Positions 24,995 to 37,040 of a DNA stretch of 64,000 nt are shown here, one piece after another; position 1 is the stretch's first letter, and every line of letters starts with the position of its first letter. The position numbers and the translations under genes were made by a program. The stretch is taken from positions 158,534,001 to 158,598,000 of the forward strand of contig NC_042999.1 in NCBI RefSeq assembly GCF_006345805.1, given 5' to 3'. The notes beneath the pieces were generated by a model. The model made no database searches. It saw only the letters and a program-made list of their open reading frames with translations, and was not told the origin of the DNA. Source of the DNA: Octopus sinensis. Its lineage: Eukaryota.

Positions 24995-25374
24995 GGAGGC
25001 GCAATGGCCCAGTGGTTAGGGCAGCGGACTCGCGGTCGTAGGATCGCGGTTTCGATTCCCAGACCGGGCGTTGTGAGTGTTTATTGAGCGAAAACACCTA
25101 AAGCTCCACGAGGCTCCGGCAGGGATGGTGGTGATCCCTGCTGTACTCTTTCACCACAACTTTCTCTCACTCTTACTTCCTGTTTCTGTTGTACCTGTAT
25201 TTCAAGGGGCCGGCCTTGTCACTCTCTGTGTCACGCTGAATATCCCCGAGAACTACGTTAAGGGTACACGTGTCTGTGGAGTGCTCAGCCACTTACACGT
25301 TAATTTCACGAGCAGGCTGTTCCGTTGATCGGATCAACCGGAACCCTCGTCGTCGTAACCGACGGAGTGCTTCC
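24995..25374 (+). mobile_element. tRNA-derived SINE family B
   Basis: Head ggcgcaatggcccagtggttaggg...ggtttcgattccc (A and B boxes); its 3' ~170 nt are shared with family D at 34246-34803. Confidence 0.85.
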
Positions 25375-25539
25375 CATGTGTGTATATATGTAAATATGCA
25401 AATTAAATATGCCAATCAAAGAGATGTTAGGCTGTTTGACATCTAAAGGAAGTTGCTTCTCCAGTTATCGTTGGCGAATATAGATTAGTCGACTAGTTGT
25501 TGTCATTAGATGTGTCTAGAATAACTGGGCATTTCGACC

Positions 25540-26045
25540 TCAAAACGTAATTTTCTCCTGTCGGGATTTTCGGTAGTGGGGATCAGATCGCATCTCATCT
25601 TCGCCTCCTCTTTTGCTCCAAAAGTAGCAAGAAGCTCTTTCTCTACCTCCTCCACACTGTGCACAGCTGCGTTTTTCTTTTTCAAATATCAATGGCTGTA
25701 CGCATTCTCTATAATAACTTTTACAGCCAATTTCAACTGGGAGTAACTATCTCTTCTACTTCTAATCCTGCAAAGGATTCTATTACCAGGTGTGCTTCCA
25801 TTCAAACGCTTGATCTCACTTTTCTTACTATAGGACTAAAAGCTCAATTAGGTGTTTCTTCTTTGCTACAAAATATGTCTGACTCCCGAGTCTTCTGGGC
25901 GATTTGGGAAAGAGCAAACTTTAACCCAGGTCTACTTTCATATCCCATGATTGGCTTCCCTCCTTTCCACACGAATGCGATTGGCGGCGTTGTTATCTCT
26001 TGCTTTTGTCGTCCTTGTGTCTCTCCTACACTCAGGTTTTATTAA
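25540..26045 (-). pseudogene. Decayed purine-rich coding-like segment, possibly a LINE ORF1 remnant
   Basis: Long stop-interrupted frames on the minus strand (AFVWKGGKPIMGYESRPG...; KKKNAAVHSVEEVEKELLATF...). Family not identified. Confidence 0.25.
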
Positions 26046-26769
26046 AAGAAACAGAACTTATTAACTGAACAGCAGTTTCGCGTAGAATATTTGTCTGTCA
26101 TTGACTATGATTACACGCAAGTCGCGAAGTACGGCAGCAAATGTTTTTATTTGCAAGTTTACAATATATAAGACCCACAATACAGCTTTATACTTAGTAA
26201 ATCCAAACATATATGCACACACACCCGCCCCCAACACATAAATGAATATATATATATATATATCTCATAGCCATAGGGCTAACAGTTCTATAATTCAAGA
26301 AGTCTATCGAAGACGTTCGAAAGTAGAGTGTATTATATTTCAAAATTTTCTTACGCTTTGTAAGATCTGTCATTTCGAAAACAGTAAAGGTACGCCTGGA
26401 GATATCTAGAGATGTCAATAATTTGTATGTCGCTAAGTCATAAGCCATTGTTGTTCACTGGTGGTTGGTGCAAATATGTGTCGTTGTATGCGTATGTCAA
26501 TAAATGTGTTACTGTGTAATGATCAATCTGGTTAAGATGAAGGTGGGAAAGAAATAGGAAAAGTTCGGGTGTTCTATTGAGAAAAAAGCAGTACAAAGAG
26601 ACAATATGATTTCATACATAAAATTCACTTCTCACCACTACATACCTATATAATATATACAAACACTCACATACATATATGTGTGTGTATTTGTTTGTAT
26701 ATTCACACACATACACACACACATACACATACATACATACATACACACAGACGCACACAAACACACTAC

Positions 26770-26801
<32 letters not shown>

Positions 26802-26994
26802 ATGTATGTATGTTTATATATGTATATTTGCCTGTGTGTATCTGTATGTGTGCGTGCGTATAACTGTAGTGTGATAATCGAAAGCGTGGGGTATGGAGAA
26901 AATTTTGTACATTCCAACAACAATACAATACACATGCGCACAATACATACACACACCCACACCCACAGACACATACACACACACACACACTCAC

Positions 26995-27737
26995 ATATGG
27001 CATGCATTCGAGAAGTTTTTAGACTTTCTCGTCAGAAGCAGTTATAACAATAATTGTAATTTTAGTTTATCATTTCTAAACAGACCAGTCAAACTGTGGC
27101 AATTCCAGATTGAAGGAGACGGCTGTAACATCACTTTGAACACACCCTACTAAGCACGCTGCGTTTGCTGCATGCAGTCAGGAAGTGAAGACAGTTTGGA
27201 AGGTCACTATGCTATAAAGTTTTGAGTTAAACTGGGCAAAAAAGCTACATGACCTTGTGAAAGGGTGTAGACTGGTTACAGATCATCCACTTTTTCGATG
27301 AGAAGGACATCATCTATAACCAGTGGGTTTTCTCTTGTCAGATGGTTGATAAAGAGTACTTTGTTGAGATTCCGAGGGAGTTCAGAAAAGATTACGTCGC
27401 ATAACGCCGGATCACTTGCACCAACAGAATGTGTTAGTCCACAACTTCTTCCGTGTAACCTACTATTTGGCAATCTCTGTCAAAACTGTTCCTCCCTATA
27501 GTTCAGATATTGCTTCCTCTTATCTTTGGTTGTTCTCTACGTTGGAGATGCAGTTGACAGAAGCTGTGGCACCTTTGATCTGGAGGACTTCCACGTGGAC
27601 TTCACGAAGTGGAGAGAGCACTACAAGTACATTGATGTCACAGGTTCCTACTTTGAAGGAAAATGATATTTTGTACTTTGTAATTAATAAGGCCTCTCCA
27701 GAAAAAAAGTCTCAAAACTTCTGGAATAAACCTTTTA
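26995..27737 (+). mobile_element. Internally deleted mariner (Tc1/mariner) transposon
   Basis: Subterminal inverted match ttcgagaagtttttagac (27007) / gtctcaaaacttctggaa (27709); transposase remnants FFDEKDIIY..MVDKEYFVEI, PPYSSDIA (cf. PPYSPDLAP), KWREHYKYIDVTGSYFEGK*. Confidence 0.85.
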
Positions 27738-27764
27738 TATTCATAATTGTTTCAATATCAAGTT

Positions 27765-27985
27765 ATAACTATTATATAAAATCCGTTCTGTCTGTCTGTG
27801 TGTCTTCTAGGATCTCGGACATCCTCCATCCGATTGCACTCAAATTTGATATGTAGATACCAACGGTATCAGGGCGTGTATAAGCCTTGCAAAAATTGCA
27901 AAAATCGATTCCAGGGCAGAATGCGATCGATAAAGCTGTGGGAACGTGGATTTGTACGCGGAAGTACATCAGCTGGTGTGATCGA
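27765..27985. mobile_element. HINE/Helentron-like fragment
   Basis: ctattatataaaatccgttctgtctgtctgtgtgtc...ccgattgcactcaaatttgatatg, a terminus plus (GTCT)n pattern typical of these elements. Confidence 0.5.
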
Positions 27986-28148
27986 TATCTTTATTTCTTC
28001 TTTTGCTGGTGTCTCAAATTTAGGTTAAATCAGTGTTTCTGAAAGGGGAGGCCTATGGGACGGTCGGACAAGTTGTTTTGAGAAAATTTGGTTTAAATGT
28101 TTGACAACTCAGCACCGTCCATTAGATGGGGTGGGGGCGTTTTACTTG

Positions 28149-28183
<35 letters not shown>

Positions 28184-28882
28184 ATATGTATATATGGATC
28201 AAAGGAGTTTGATTTAAATTCGTTGTTACACTTGAATTTGAATTTGAATGACAGAAGTTGATTGTTATTATTGTAAGGTGGGCTGCGATTGGTCGAAGAT
28301 GGTCACGCGGTGTCGTGGTTTAATGTTGGTATATGGGTAACAGTTATTCGGAAAACACCGCATGGCGAACTGGATATTGACCACGTGGAGGACAGAAAAT
28401 AAACCACCTGGTGATTAGAAATCGGTCAGGTTGTTGGGGGAGGTCGGAAGAGGCGGCATGTGTGTAGACACCCTCATATAGTTTTGCGTGGATGTGAATA
28501 CTGATACGAGTGTGCGCATCTGTACATAGGCGCACACGCGCACGTCTACACACACGCGCGCATAGGCTGTTTACGCGCGTGCACACGCACACACATACGC
28601 ACACATTCGCGCTCACGTACACGCACATACGCACACATGCATACACATACACACACACATATACGGATTCATTCATATGTACATACGCATGCATACCAAT
28701 GTGCGCGTGCACATGCGCATGCGCTTGTATACATGCGGAAAACAAGTGTCGGGGATTAGTAACCGTTAGAGATAGGCGGTCCTACTCATGGTGTTGGTCG
28801 GTAAGGGTGACCTTGGTGCAGACGGTGCAGACGGTGCAGTGTAGCAGATGGTGCTACGGTGGTATTTTCCATGCAGTATTTT

Positions 28883-29115
28883 AAGGCGGCGAGCTGGCAG
28901 AAACGTTAGCACGCTGGGCGAAATGCTTTGCGGTATTTCGTCTGCTGTTACGTTCTGAGTTCAAATTCCGCCGAGGTCGACTTTGCCTTTCATCCTTTCG
29001 GGGTCGATTAAATAAGTACCAGTTATGCACTGGTGTCGATGTAATCGACTTAACCCGTTTGTCTGTCCTTGTTTGTCCTCTCCGTGTTTAGCCCCTTGTG
29101 GGTAGTAAAGAAATA
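28883..29115 (+). mobile_element. tRNA-derived SINE family C with 22-bp TSD
   Basis: TSD ggtattttccatgcagtatttt at 28861-28882 and 29116-29137; B box gagttcaaattcc; central cctttcatcctttcggggtcgat..aagtaccag resembles the Meta SINE domain (from memory). Confidence 0.9.
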
Positions 29116-29914
29116 GGTATTTTCCATGCAGTATTTTCCAACTAGCTATTACCCATATAACAACATCAAACCATGACACCGCGTAACCTTCATCGACAAA
29201 TCACACCCGACCTAACGGTAATAGCAATAGATATATATATATATATATTGATAAAAATGGTAAGACAACAAAAGAATGAAAGAAACCTCGATATTATATA
29301 AATAGAGGAATTTATCCGAGTTTCGTATGCCGAGGTGGAAATCCACGCCGCCATCTCTTCAGTTATCCGGCCATCCGGAAAAAAATACTATGAAAATGAC
29401 CGTACCAAAAGTGTCAAATTTTCTTTTCAGCATGATGGCATAACACACCAGCTGCTTTAAAACCATTGCTTAGTATATGCATATTTTGCGAATATTTATT
29501 GGATCCCTACTTTTTCATCTTCGCACGCATTTCCCTGCTATGATGATGCTGATGATGGTCAGTTAGTGTGCAGCAGCACTAATGTCAACAGTACGGAACA
29601 ACTAGCTAAATTTTCCTATATTTGACCTTTAAAACTTTGCTTCGATCCATACATATAGTAAATCGAAAATAGCGTAGATATACATTAAATAGATTTGATA
29701 AGCTTTGTATTCGCTATTTTCTTAAATATCGACACAAATGTCAAAAAAGAAAACAAAGCCATGATAAATCCTGTTAAGCTGATATATAATGAAATGTTTA
29801 AGGCAAATTATGATCAATAATTCGAACCAGTACTTTCTGCTGGTATTTAATTTCATTGAGTCTTAAAGCAGGGAATATTAAACTGATCGCGGTACAGAAC
29901 GTAAAGGTGTATAT

Positions 29915-31058
29915 AATTCCAAACAGCTTAGTACAAAATCTCGGATAAGCGCTTATTGTGCGTAGTATATAAGGTCAGTACCTATGGTTCTTACCGTATC
30001 ATGGTTACATTGACGAATCCAGTAATTAGCACATAACAACCGACAAGAGACCTTAAACTTATTAAAAATTTGCTTCAATGTATATAAGTTTCATAAGGCA
30101 TGTAGTCAGAGAAGCTAAGTGTGTATCACACTTAGATGTAGATATTGATAATTCATAATATAAAATAATTCCTGTATGTTTTAAAATTAAATTTTGATTC
30201 ATTTGTAGTTTTTTTTTTATAAATTGCTTTAAAAATCCCATTAATACGTAATCACGTCCTAAGATCAAGCGCAACGGTATTCACTTTTACCTGAATCTGT
30301 TTGACAATCAAGCTGCTTTTGATAAAATACTCAACACATTATCCGAATGAAAGCAATAAGAAAGTCTTTTCATATAAAGTGCGTAGTATATCGAAAGTTA
30401 ATTAGAAATAAATGAATAAAAGACAAACTCAGTCTAATTTCTAACTAGATCTATTTCCCCACGCTCTCAAATGTACAATATTGTACATTTAGTAATTTAT
30501 TGTCAAGTGTACTTCGACAAATGCAATAAATGTTATGCTCTGCTGATGAGGTCAACCTATTACCAAGTTATATTCAGTTATGTCTCTTGTTACAGGTATA
30601 AAAAGTATTTTATAAGTTATTGTTTAATATCATTTCAATCTCTGCGTATTTTGTTATTTTTAGTAGCTTTGTAATACTTCTGCAATCTTACCTATTATTC
30701 CTAATTAAGATTTATGTAGGTACATTTTCGTATGATATCAGCTAAATTATCATATAGGTTAGGAATAGGATTAGAATATATTTGCAATATTTAGTTACTT
30801 TATGATATATGTTCATATTTTAGCGACTCACAAGATGCTGAATTGGTAACATCGTTAGCTTCTCTGACTACATGCCTTATGAAACTTATATACATTGAAA
30901 CAAATTTTTAATAAGTTTAAGGTCTCTTGTCGGTTGTTATGTGCTAATTACTGGATTCGTCAATGTAACCATGATACGGTAAGAACCATAGGTACTGACC
31001 TTATATACTACGCACAATAAGCGCTTATCCAAGATTTTGTACTAAGCTGTTTGGAATT
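29915..31058. repeat. 204-bp near-perfect inverted duplication (29915-30118 and 30855-31058)
   Basis: Two mismatches in 204 bp by eye; 736-bp spacer. Confidence 0.95.
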
Positions 31059-31229
31059 TACGCAAAAGCAGCTCTAAGCTCGATTTCACTTCACAATCTG
31101 CATACACATATTTAGCCGCCCAAGAATTTGGACCTGGAGATTTCCATTTCCAGCGACTTCGAAAACCACTTCCCAGTGGTGTCGGGCGTCAACGAAGAGC
31201 CCTCGACAACAACAAGACGACCCAATTTT

Positions 31230-31310
31230 TTTTTACCAAGGTCTGTAGTTTCCGCCCCTAAGCCCTAGACCACCTAATCAGCCTTATCCGTCTTGTTGCT
31301 AAACAACAAC
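31230..31310. promoter_or_regulatory. Possible promoter: clustered ACTACA, ETS-like, GC-box and X-box-like motifs in a locally CpG-rich unique patch
   Basis: tgtagt (31244-31249), ttccg, ccgcccc (31252-31258), gttgctaaacaac (31295-31307). Motif matches only. Confidence 0.3.
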
Positions 31311-32071
31311 AACAACAACTACACATATATATGAACTCATATATGTGTTTGCGTGTGTGTGTGTTTGTGTGTGCGTGTATGTGTATATGTGTGTATTTAT
31401 AATTCCTTATAAGAAGAATTACCTAAAACTTGTACAACTAAAGTCCGTTAATTTAGAAATAAACAACTGCTTCTCTCTATTCGGTACCTCGTCAAAGTCG
31501 GTTACCGTGGTCACCATTTATCAATATCTATAAATCTGAAATGCGAAAAGTTTGTTTGTCTGGTTTTGGCATTGGAACGGGTTAAAGGCCACTAGATCCC
31601 GTTGGATTGACTCCAAAATTTACAGGGACATGTAAAATGAGGTGAGGACGTAAGGTGAGGGTGTAAACTTAGAAATCCCTATCTTAAAAGGTGTGGTTAC
31701 TAGGGCAAACAACGCACACTTTGACAAGTCTGCTCCCATTCTCTTATATGTCTGTCTTCCTCCGTCTCTCTCTGTTTCCTCCCTTCCCATCACTTTCTCT
31801 CTATAACGACGTTTGACAGCGCCTACTATATTTCCCCCGCCACATACGACAGCGCTGTCACACACACACACACTCTCTCTCTCTCTCTCTCTCTCTCTCT
31901 ACGTCTGTCTGCATTCATAGAGAGAATTATCATCGCCACCACCACAACACAATCATGAGAACAAATATTATGAATCAGATATTTATTGGGTAAATTTATA
32001 TATGTGTGTGTGTGTGTTCTATATATAAATATGTATATATAATGTATATATAAAAAGTGTATATATCTGTA

Positions 32072-32117
<46 letters not shown>

Positions 32118-34245
32118 GTATACATTTATATATATAATGCGTATATATGTACATATATATATTTAATGCGTATATATATATATATATAATGTGTGCATTA
32201 TGTGGTCGGTTGAGCTGAAAATATGCACACCTATGTTAAAGTGATGGCGAGTTTGCATGGCAACTATTTTTTTCCTCAAATGAATGGCGTGACCTCTAGG
32301 ATAAAATTCCTCATCTTATAAAATGTAGCCCGAGTAGACCCGAATGAAATCAGGTTATATTAACCAAAATGTGAAAAGGGGTCTAAATGGGACTGGAAGG
32401 GGGTTAAAATTTACAGGAGCGGGTGTTTAGGAATTGTCTTTTACATCAAGTTCAAAATTTTACGCCAGCCGTTAAACTGCCACTACGTTGCTGTCCGTCG
32501 TTAAGAAATGCCAGCCATGGTGACTCTACTATCCTCAGATTCTATCCATTCAAACTTTGGTTTCCAATATTTTTTTTTATTCAGCTCGCAAGTTCGTCTG
32601 TCCCTTTTAAATGTTAGTGTTTTGCTGTCTGCCTTGAAGAAGACCTTTCCGTTGTCACTGCCTGATATTTATGATTGATCTTTCAAAATATTTCTTTCTC
32701 AACTTAATCAAGATCTTTTGTTGTTTATAAATGGGAGAGAGAGAGAGAGATAGAGAAAGATAGTGAGTAAGAGAAAGCGAGGGAGAGTCCGAGAGAAAGG
32801 AAGAGTAAGAGAGTGGGAAAGTGAGAGAGAAAGGAGAGAGAAACAAAGAGGGAGAATGTGGTGATAAAAAACAGAAATGAAGCAACAGAAAGTAACAACC
32901 ACACTCTTACCAGCGCGTAGAGCGGGTCACCTTAAGCTAGAATATATATATATATATGTATATGTGTATGTGTGTATGTGTGTCCGCGCGCGCATGTGAG
33001 TATGTATCTATGTATGTATATGTGTGTATGTATTTGTGCGAGTGTGCGTTAGTGTGTGTGTTGTGAATGCATACACACACATATATATTTGAACACAATT
33101 TACGTTTTTGCTCCCGTTTTAAGTTTTATTATTTTTATGTTCATAAGTTTTTTACATTTCCGACTGGGAAAATACATTAAAACAGACAAGTAGAACAAAT
33201 TGATATAAATTGCTGTTTATAAAGAAAAAGGTGTGCTGAGTTACGTGAGAATTTGCAATGTCGGAATGACAGTTTTATAGTAATTCGGTATCTCATTGTG
33301 TTGCAACACCTGATTAATATTGGGTCAAGCTCACCTTTCATCTATTCAGAAAAAAAGTCAAGATATACTTCACTTTAGTATTTGGTTTGCAAGATTCATG
33401 ATATGAATTTGTGTATAGAAACAAATCTTGTGGTATCCTGGGAGGTTCAGGACGCCAACAATATTAACACACGCACTCGTTGAATATCATCTTATTGTTT
33501 GTCAATTGGTTAAATATCTAACCAACTAACTATTAAATCGTTTGTTTAATGTACTGTTTAAACAATCAGTCAGCTTAAACAACCGATACAATTAGATGGT
33601 TAGATATTTTTGACTAACAATAAAGAAGTGCTATTGAACCAATGCATGTGTTGTTATTATTTGGCGTAATTGCCCGCCCAAGGCACAATAAGATTTGTTT
33701 CAACGGATGAATTTAAGTGTATTGAAAGCTAAATACACAACCGTAGTAAAATTAGCTCTAGTGTAGCTAGTAGGACGCTGGAAAACACTGTCTAAAAATC
33801 AGAGTAACCACCCGACACCTTTACTTCATTAAAGAATGCGTCGTATTCCGGTTTGTACACTAAATCCATCAATTCGGCTGTTGGACCGCTTTGACTTGCG
33901 GAATAGCAGGCAGGAAAATTAAAACGCATGACATTGTCAAACATTAAAAAGAAAATACACGCGGGAATCAGCCAATAACAAAAAATGAACTGAGAAATAC
34001 CATTACATCATATGAGAAATCAAAACTCATGGACGTCATCCAACATGAGTACCGACACATAAGCGATGCCCGCAAGGCACTTCAGCAACAAACTAAAGCG
34101 GATTAGACAACACCAACGATTAAAACATGATAAAAACTAAGGCAGATTACTCAAACAACATTGATGGGATTGTTATGTCGGATTGTAAGCCACCACACAA
34201 CTGTGACACCGATACACATTAAACAGATTATATATACGGCACTCC

Positions 34246-34803
34246 ATCGGTTTCGACGACGAGATTTCCAGTTGATCTGATCAACAGAACAGCCTACTCG
34301 TCAAATGAATGTGCACGGGATTGAGCCCTCCACAAACACGTGTACCCTTAACGTAGTTCCCAAAGAGATTCAGCGTGACACAGTATGTGATACGGTTGGC
34401 CCTTTGAAATACAGGTATTACTCATCTTTGGCGGCCAGCCGGCAGAAACGTTAGCACGCCGGGCGAAATGCTTAGCAGTATTTCGTCTGCCGCTACGTTC
34501 TGAGTTCAAATTCTGCCGAGGTCGACTTAGCCTTTCATCTTTTCGGGGTCGATTAAATAAGTACCAGTTACGCACTGCGGTCGATATAATCGACTCAATC
34601 CGTTTGTCTGCCCTTGTTTGTCCCCTCTGTGTTTAGCCCCTTGTGGGTAGTAAAGAAATAGGTATTACTCATCTTTGCCAGCTTAGTGGACTGGAGCAAA
34701 GTGAAATAAAGTGTCTTGCTCAAGGACACAACGCGCAGCTGGAAACTGTCCCCTCGTCCTTACGATCGTGAACAGAATACACTAACCACTAGACCACGCG
34801 CCT
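34246..34803 (-). mobile_element. tRNA-derived SINE family D hosting a nested family C SINE
   Basis: Head ggcgcgtggtctagtggttag; gtccttgagcaagacactttatttcac; 3' domain shared with family B. Confidence 0.8.
34431..34660 (+). mobile_element. SINE family C nested in family D, 17-18-bp TSD
   Basis: (a)ggtattactcatctttg at 34413-34430 and 34660-34677. Confidence 0.9.
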
Positions 34804-35479
34804 CTGGAGTATACAACGTGTAACAGCTGAATACGGATGAAAAGTGTGTCACGGGAGTACCGCCGAAGTATGTTACATATAAGAAAGTCAGTGGAACTGA
34901 TTGTCAATCAGAGATTGGAAAAAGAAAAAAAATCGTCAAAATAAGACGTAAATGAAATCATTACAGCACCAACAACAACATGAACATACAGAACCAACAC
35001 AAGCACAATAACTACAACAGTAGCAGCAGCATCGACAGCAACAACAGAAGCAACAATAGCAACAATGATAATAATAACAACGATAAAAGCAACAACAACG
35101 ACAGGAACAATAACCACAACGTCGAGCTCTACCATCAGTAACACCATCAGGAATACGGATATCCAAAACCACCGCCACCACAACTACGACAACTACAACA
35201 ACAACAACAGTATTAACAAAAGCAATAGCAACAACAATAACCGTAATAACAACAACAAGAGTAACTACAGGAGCATCAGCAACCACAACAACAATAGTAA
35301 CAACGGCTCTCTAGGCTGTCTCTTCTGTAACCTCAATGAAACGTATGATGATATGACACTGATTTACCCCACGAATTTATCATTCAACAGAAAAGTATGC
35401 ATCTTGTCACACACGGACGGTGAGACAGGTGAAATATTCTTTAGTTAGAGGTAAACTTAAATGCGTGTTAGACATATAC

Positions 35480-37040
35480 AATAAAATTACTAGGAAGCAT
35501 TGTGGGTGGAGGTCCACCAACTCTGTACAACGATCGCTAAAATTCTACCAAACTTAGAAAGTGTTACGAACAATGAAATAGTGTGCCTCGCTACAGACTA
35601 ACCTGGCAGAATGTCGGTAGAGAGCCTGAAAAATTATGTCCAGACCATGCAGCAATACATCAACAATACGAGAGAGCTTGAATCACAAGAATATGAAAAA
35701 GTAGAGAAACTTTTCAACACACACATGGGAATGTAGTGCAACATACTCCGCGCAAAATTTCCGAATTTCTAACAACGATGTCCCTATACTCTATGGGTTA
35801 CTGAAGGACCATAAACCCTTTAGAGACCCTGTTACGGTGCTGGTCAGTTTGCGGGGCTAATATTTCCAGCAACTATAGGCTGTGCTATTTCCTGTCGCAC
35901 CTGCGACCGCTCATTTATATGTCCCCGGATGTCCGTGTGAGCACTGAAGACGTTATCAGTAGAGTGAATGCCTGTAACCGCTCTAGGTGAACATTCTAAA
36001 GCTGTAAGACTCTACAATAGGTATGTGGAGGATAACAATATTCTAGTTTGAACAATCCCATGTGTCGTACTGAAGAAACCGAGAGGAGTACGATAGAGTT
36101 CATGCAGTGCATAACACCAACCACCAGAGTTTCAAGGTAATGATAGACTACTCCACTAAGCAACCTAATAATAAACCCTGCATTTGATACCGAACTTTGG
36201 TTAGTGACCAGAAACAACAAAGTTCAACTCCTCTACTTCTATTATATGAAACCTATGACTTACAAATATGTTATTCAGAATGTAAAGATAGACATACTTA
36301 TAGTGGATTTGGTTAGGATTATGAACAACGTGCTACCCAACCCACCTCGTGCAAACCCTATGAAACAGACAGACATGCACAGGACTTTATGCGCTGCGCG
36401 TATTTCTCTGGCTAAATCAGAGAGATAGCGTCGGAATTTCCAGCGCGAGTAGGAAAACGTTAGATAACATCATAAGGACGTCAGTGGAACCCACCCGAAC
36501 TACTGGAGCAAGCGATGCAGCAGAATGCAGGGAACTGGTGACAAAGCAAACAAAATAAACACGTGGCACCAGACATATAATTTCAAGGGGTGATGTTTGT
36601 AGCAGCTACACAAACATGCAGAGATAGCCCGTACGTGTAGAAAGGAGATGAAGAATACCAAACTCAACACTAAGATCGTAGAGAAACCAGGGTGGCCCAT
36701 CAGATCACAGTTATGTAAGACATAGCCCTTCGACAAGACCACATGTACTGATAGGGGCTGCGTTATATGCCCCATTATCTACAGTATTATCTGTATGACC
36801 AAGAATGTGGTCTGCAGCGTAAAATGCATGGGTGGATGTAAGAACTGGAATATAATGTACATAGAGGAGATTTGTAAGAGTTTGGTGGAGAGACAAAATG
36901 GACATTGGTAAGTGTGTAACAGCAGAAAACATATATACTCTGTCAGCATGCCAGACTTCAACATGACGGCATGCTGAAGCGAAATAACATCGACATCTTG
37001 TCTAAGAACCCGAGAGGCCCGTCGCTTCGGCACACACGCG
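35480..37040 (+). mobile_element. Heavily decayed Penelope-like element (RT remnants plus GIY-YIG-like C-terminus)
   Basis: PTLYGLLKDHKP; LYNRYVEDNNIL (cf. RYVDD); YYMKPM; C-x-TKNVVCSVKC..YIEEICKSLVERQNGH (cf. VVYEIKC..YIGETSRSL.ER..EH). Confidence 0.65.

Noticed and set aside
24995-25070. SINE heads as tRNA genes
   Set aside because: They have A/B boxes but run into SINE bodies and lack a complete cloverleaf; not tRNA genes.
25659-26045. 128-aa plus-strand ORF
   Set aside because: Pyrimidine-rich shadow of a decayed purine-rich minus-strand segment; no recognisable domain.
29300-29372. Minus-strand CUGAAGA...GAAAC with an apical hairpin
   Set aside because: One stem II arm and stem III are decayed and stem I does not pair; treated as a relic, not called a ribozyme.
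34908-35448. Val-rich and Thr/Asn-rich ORFs resembling membrane or mucin-like proteins
   Set aside because: They derive from a degenerate (AAC)n low-complexity tract.
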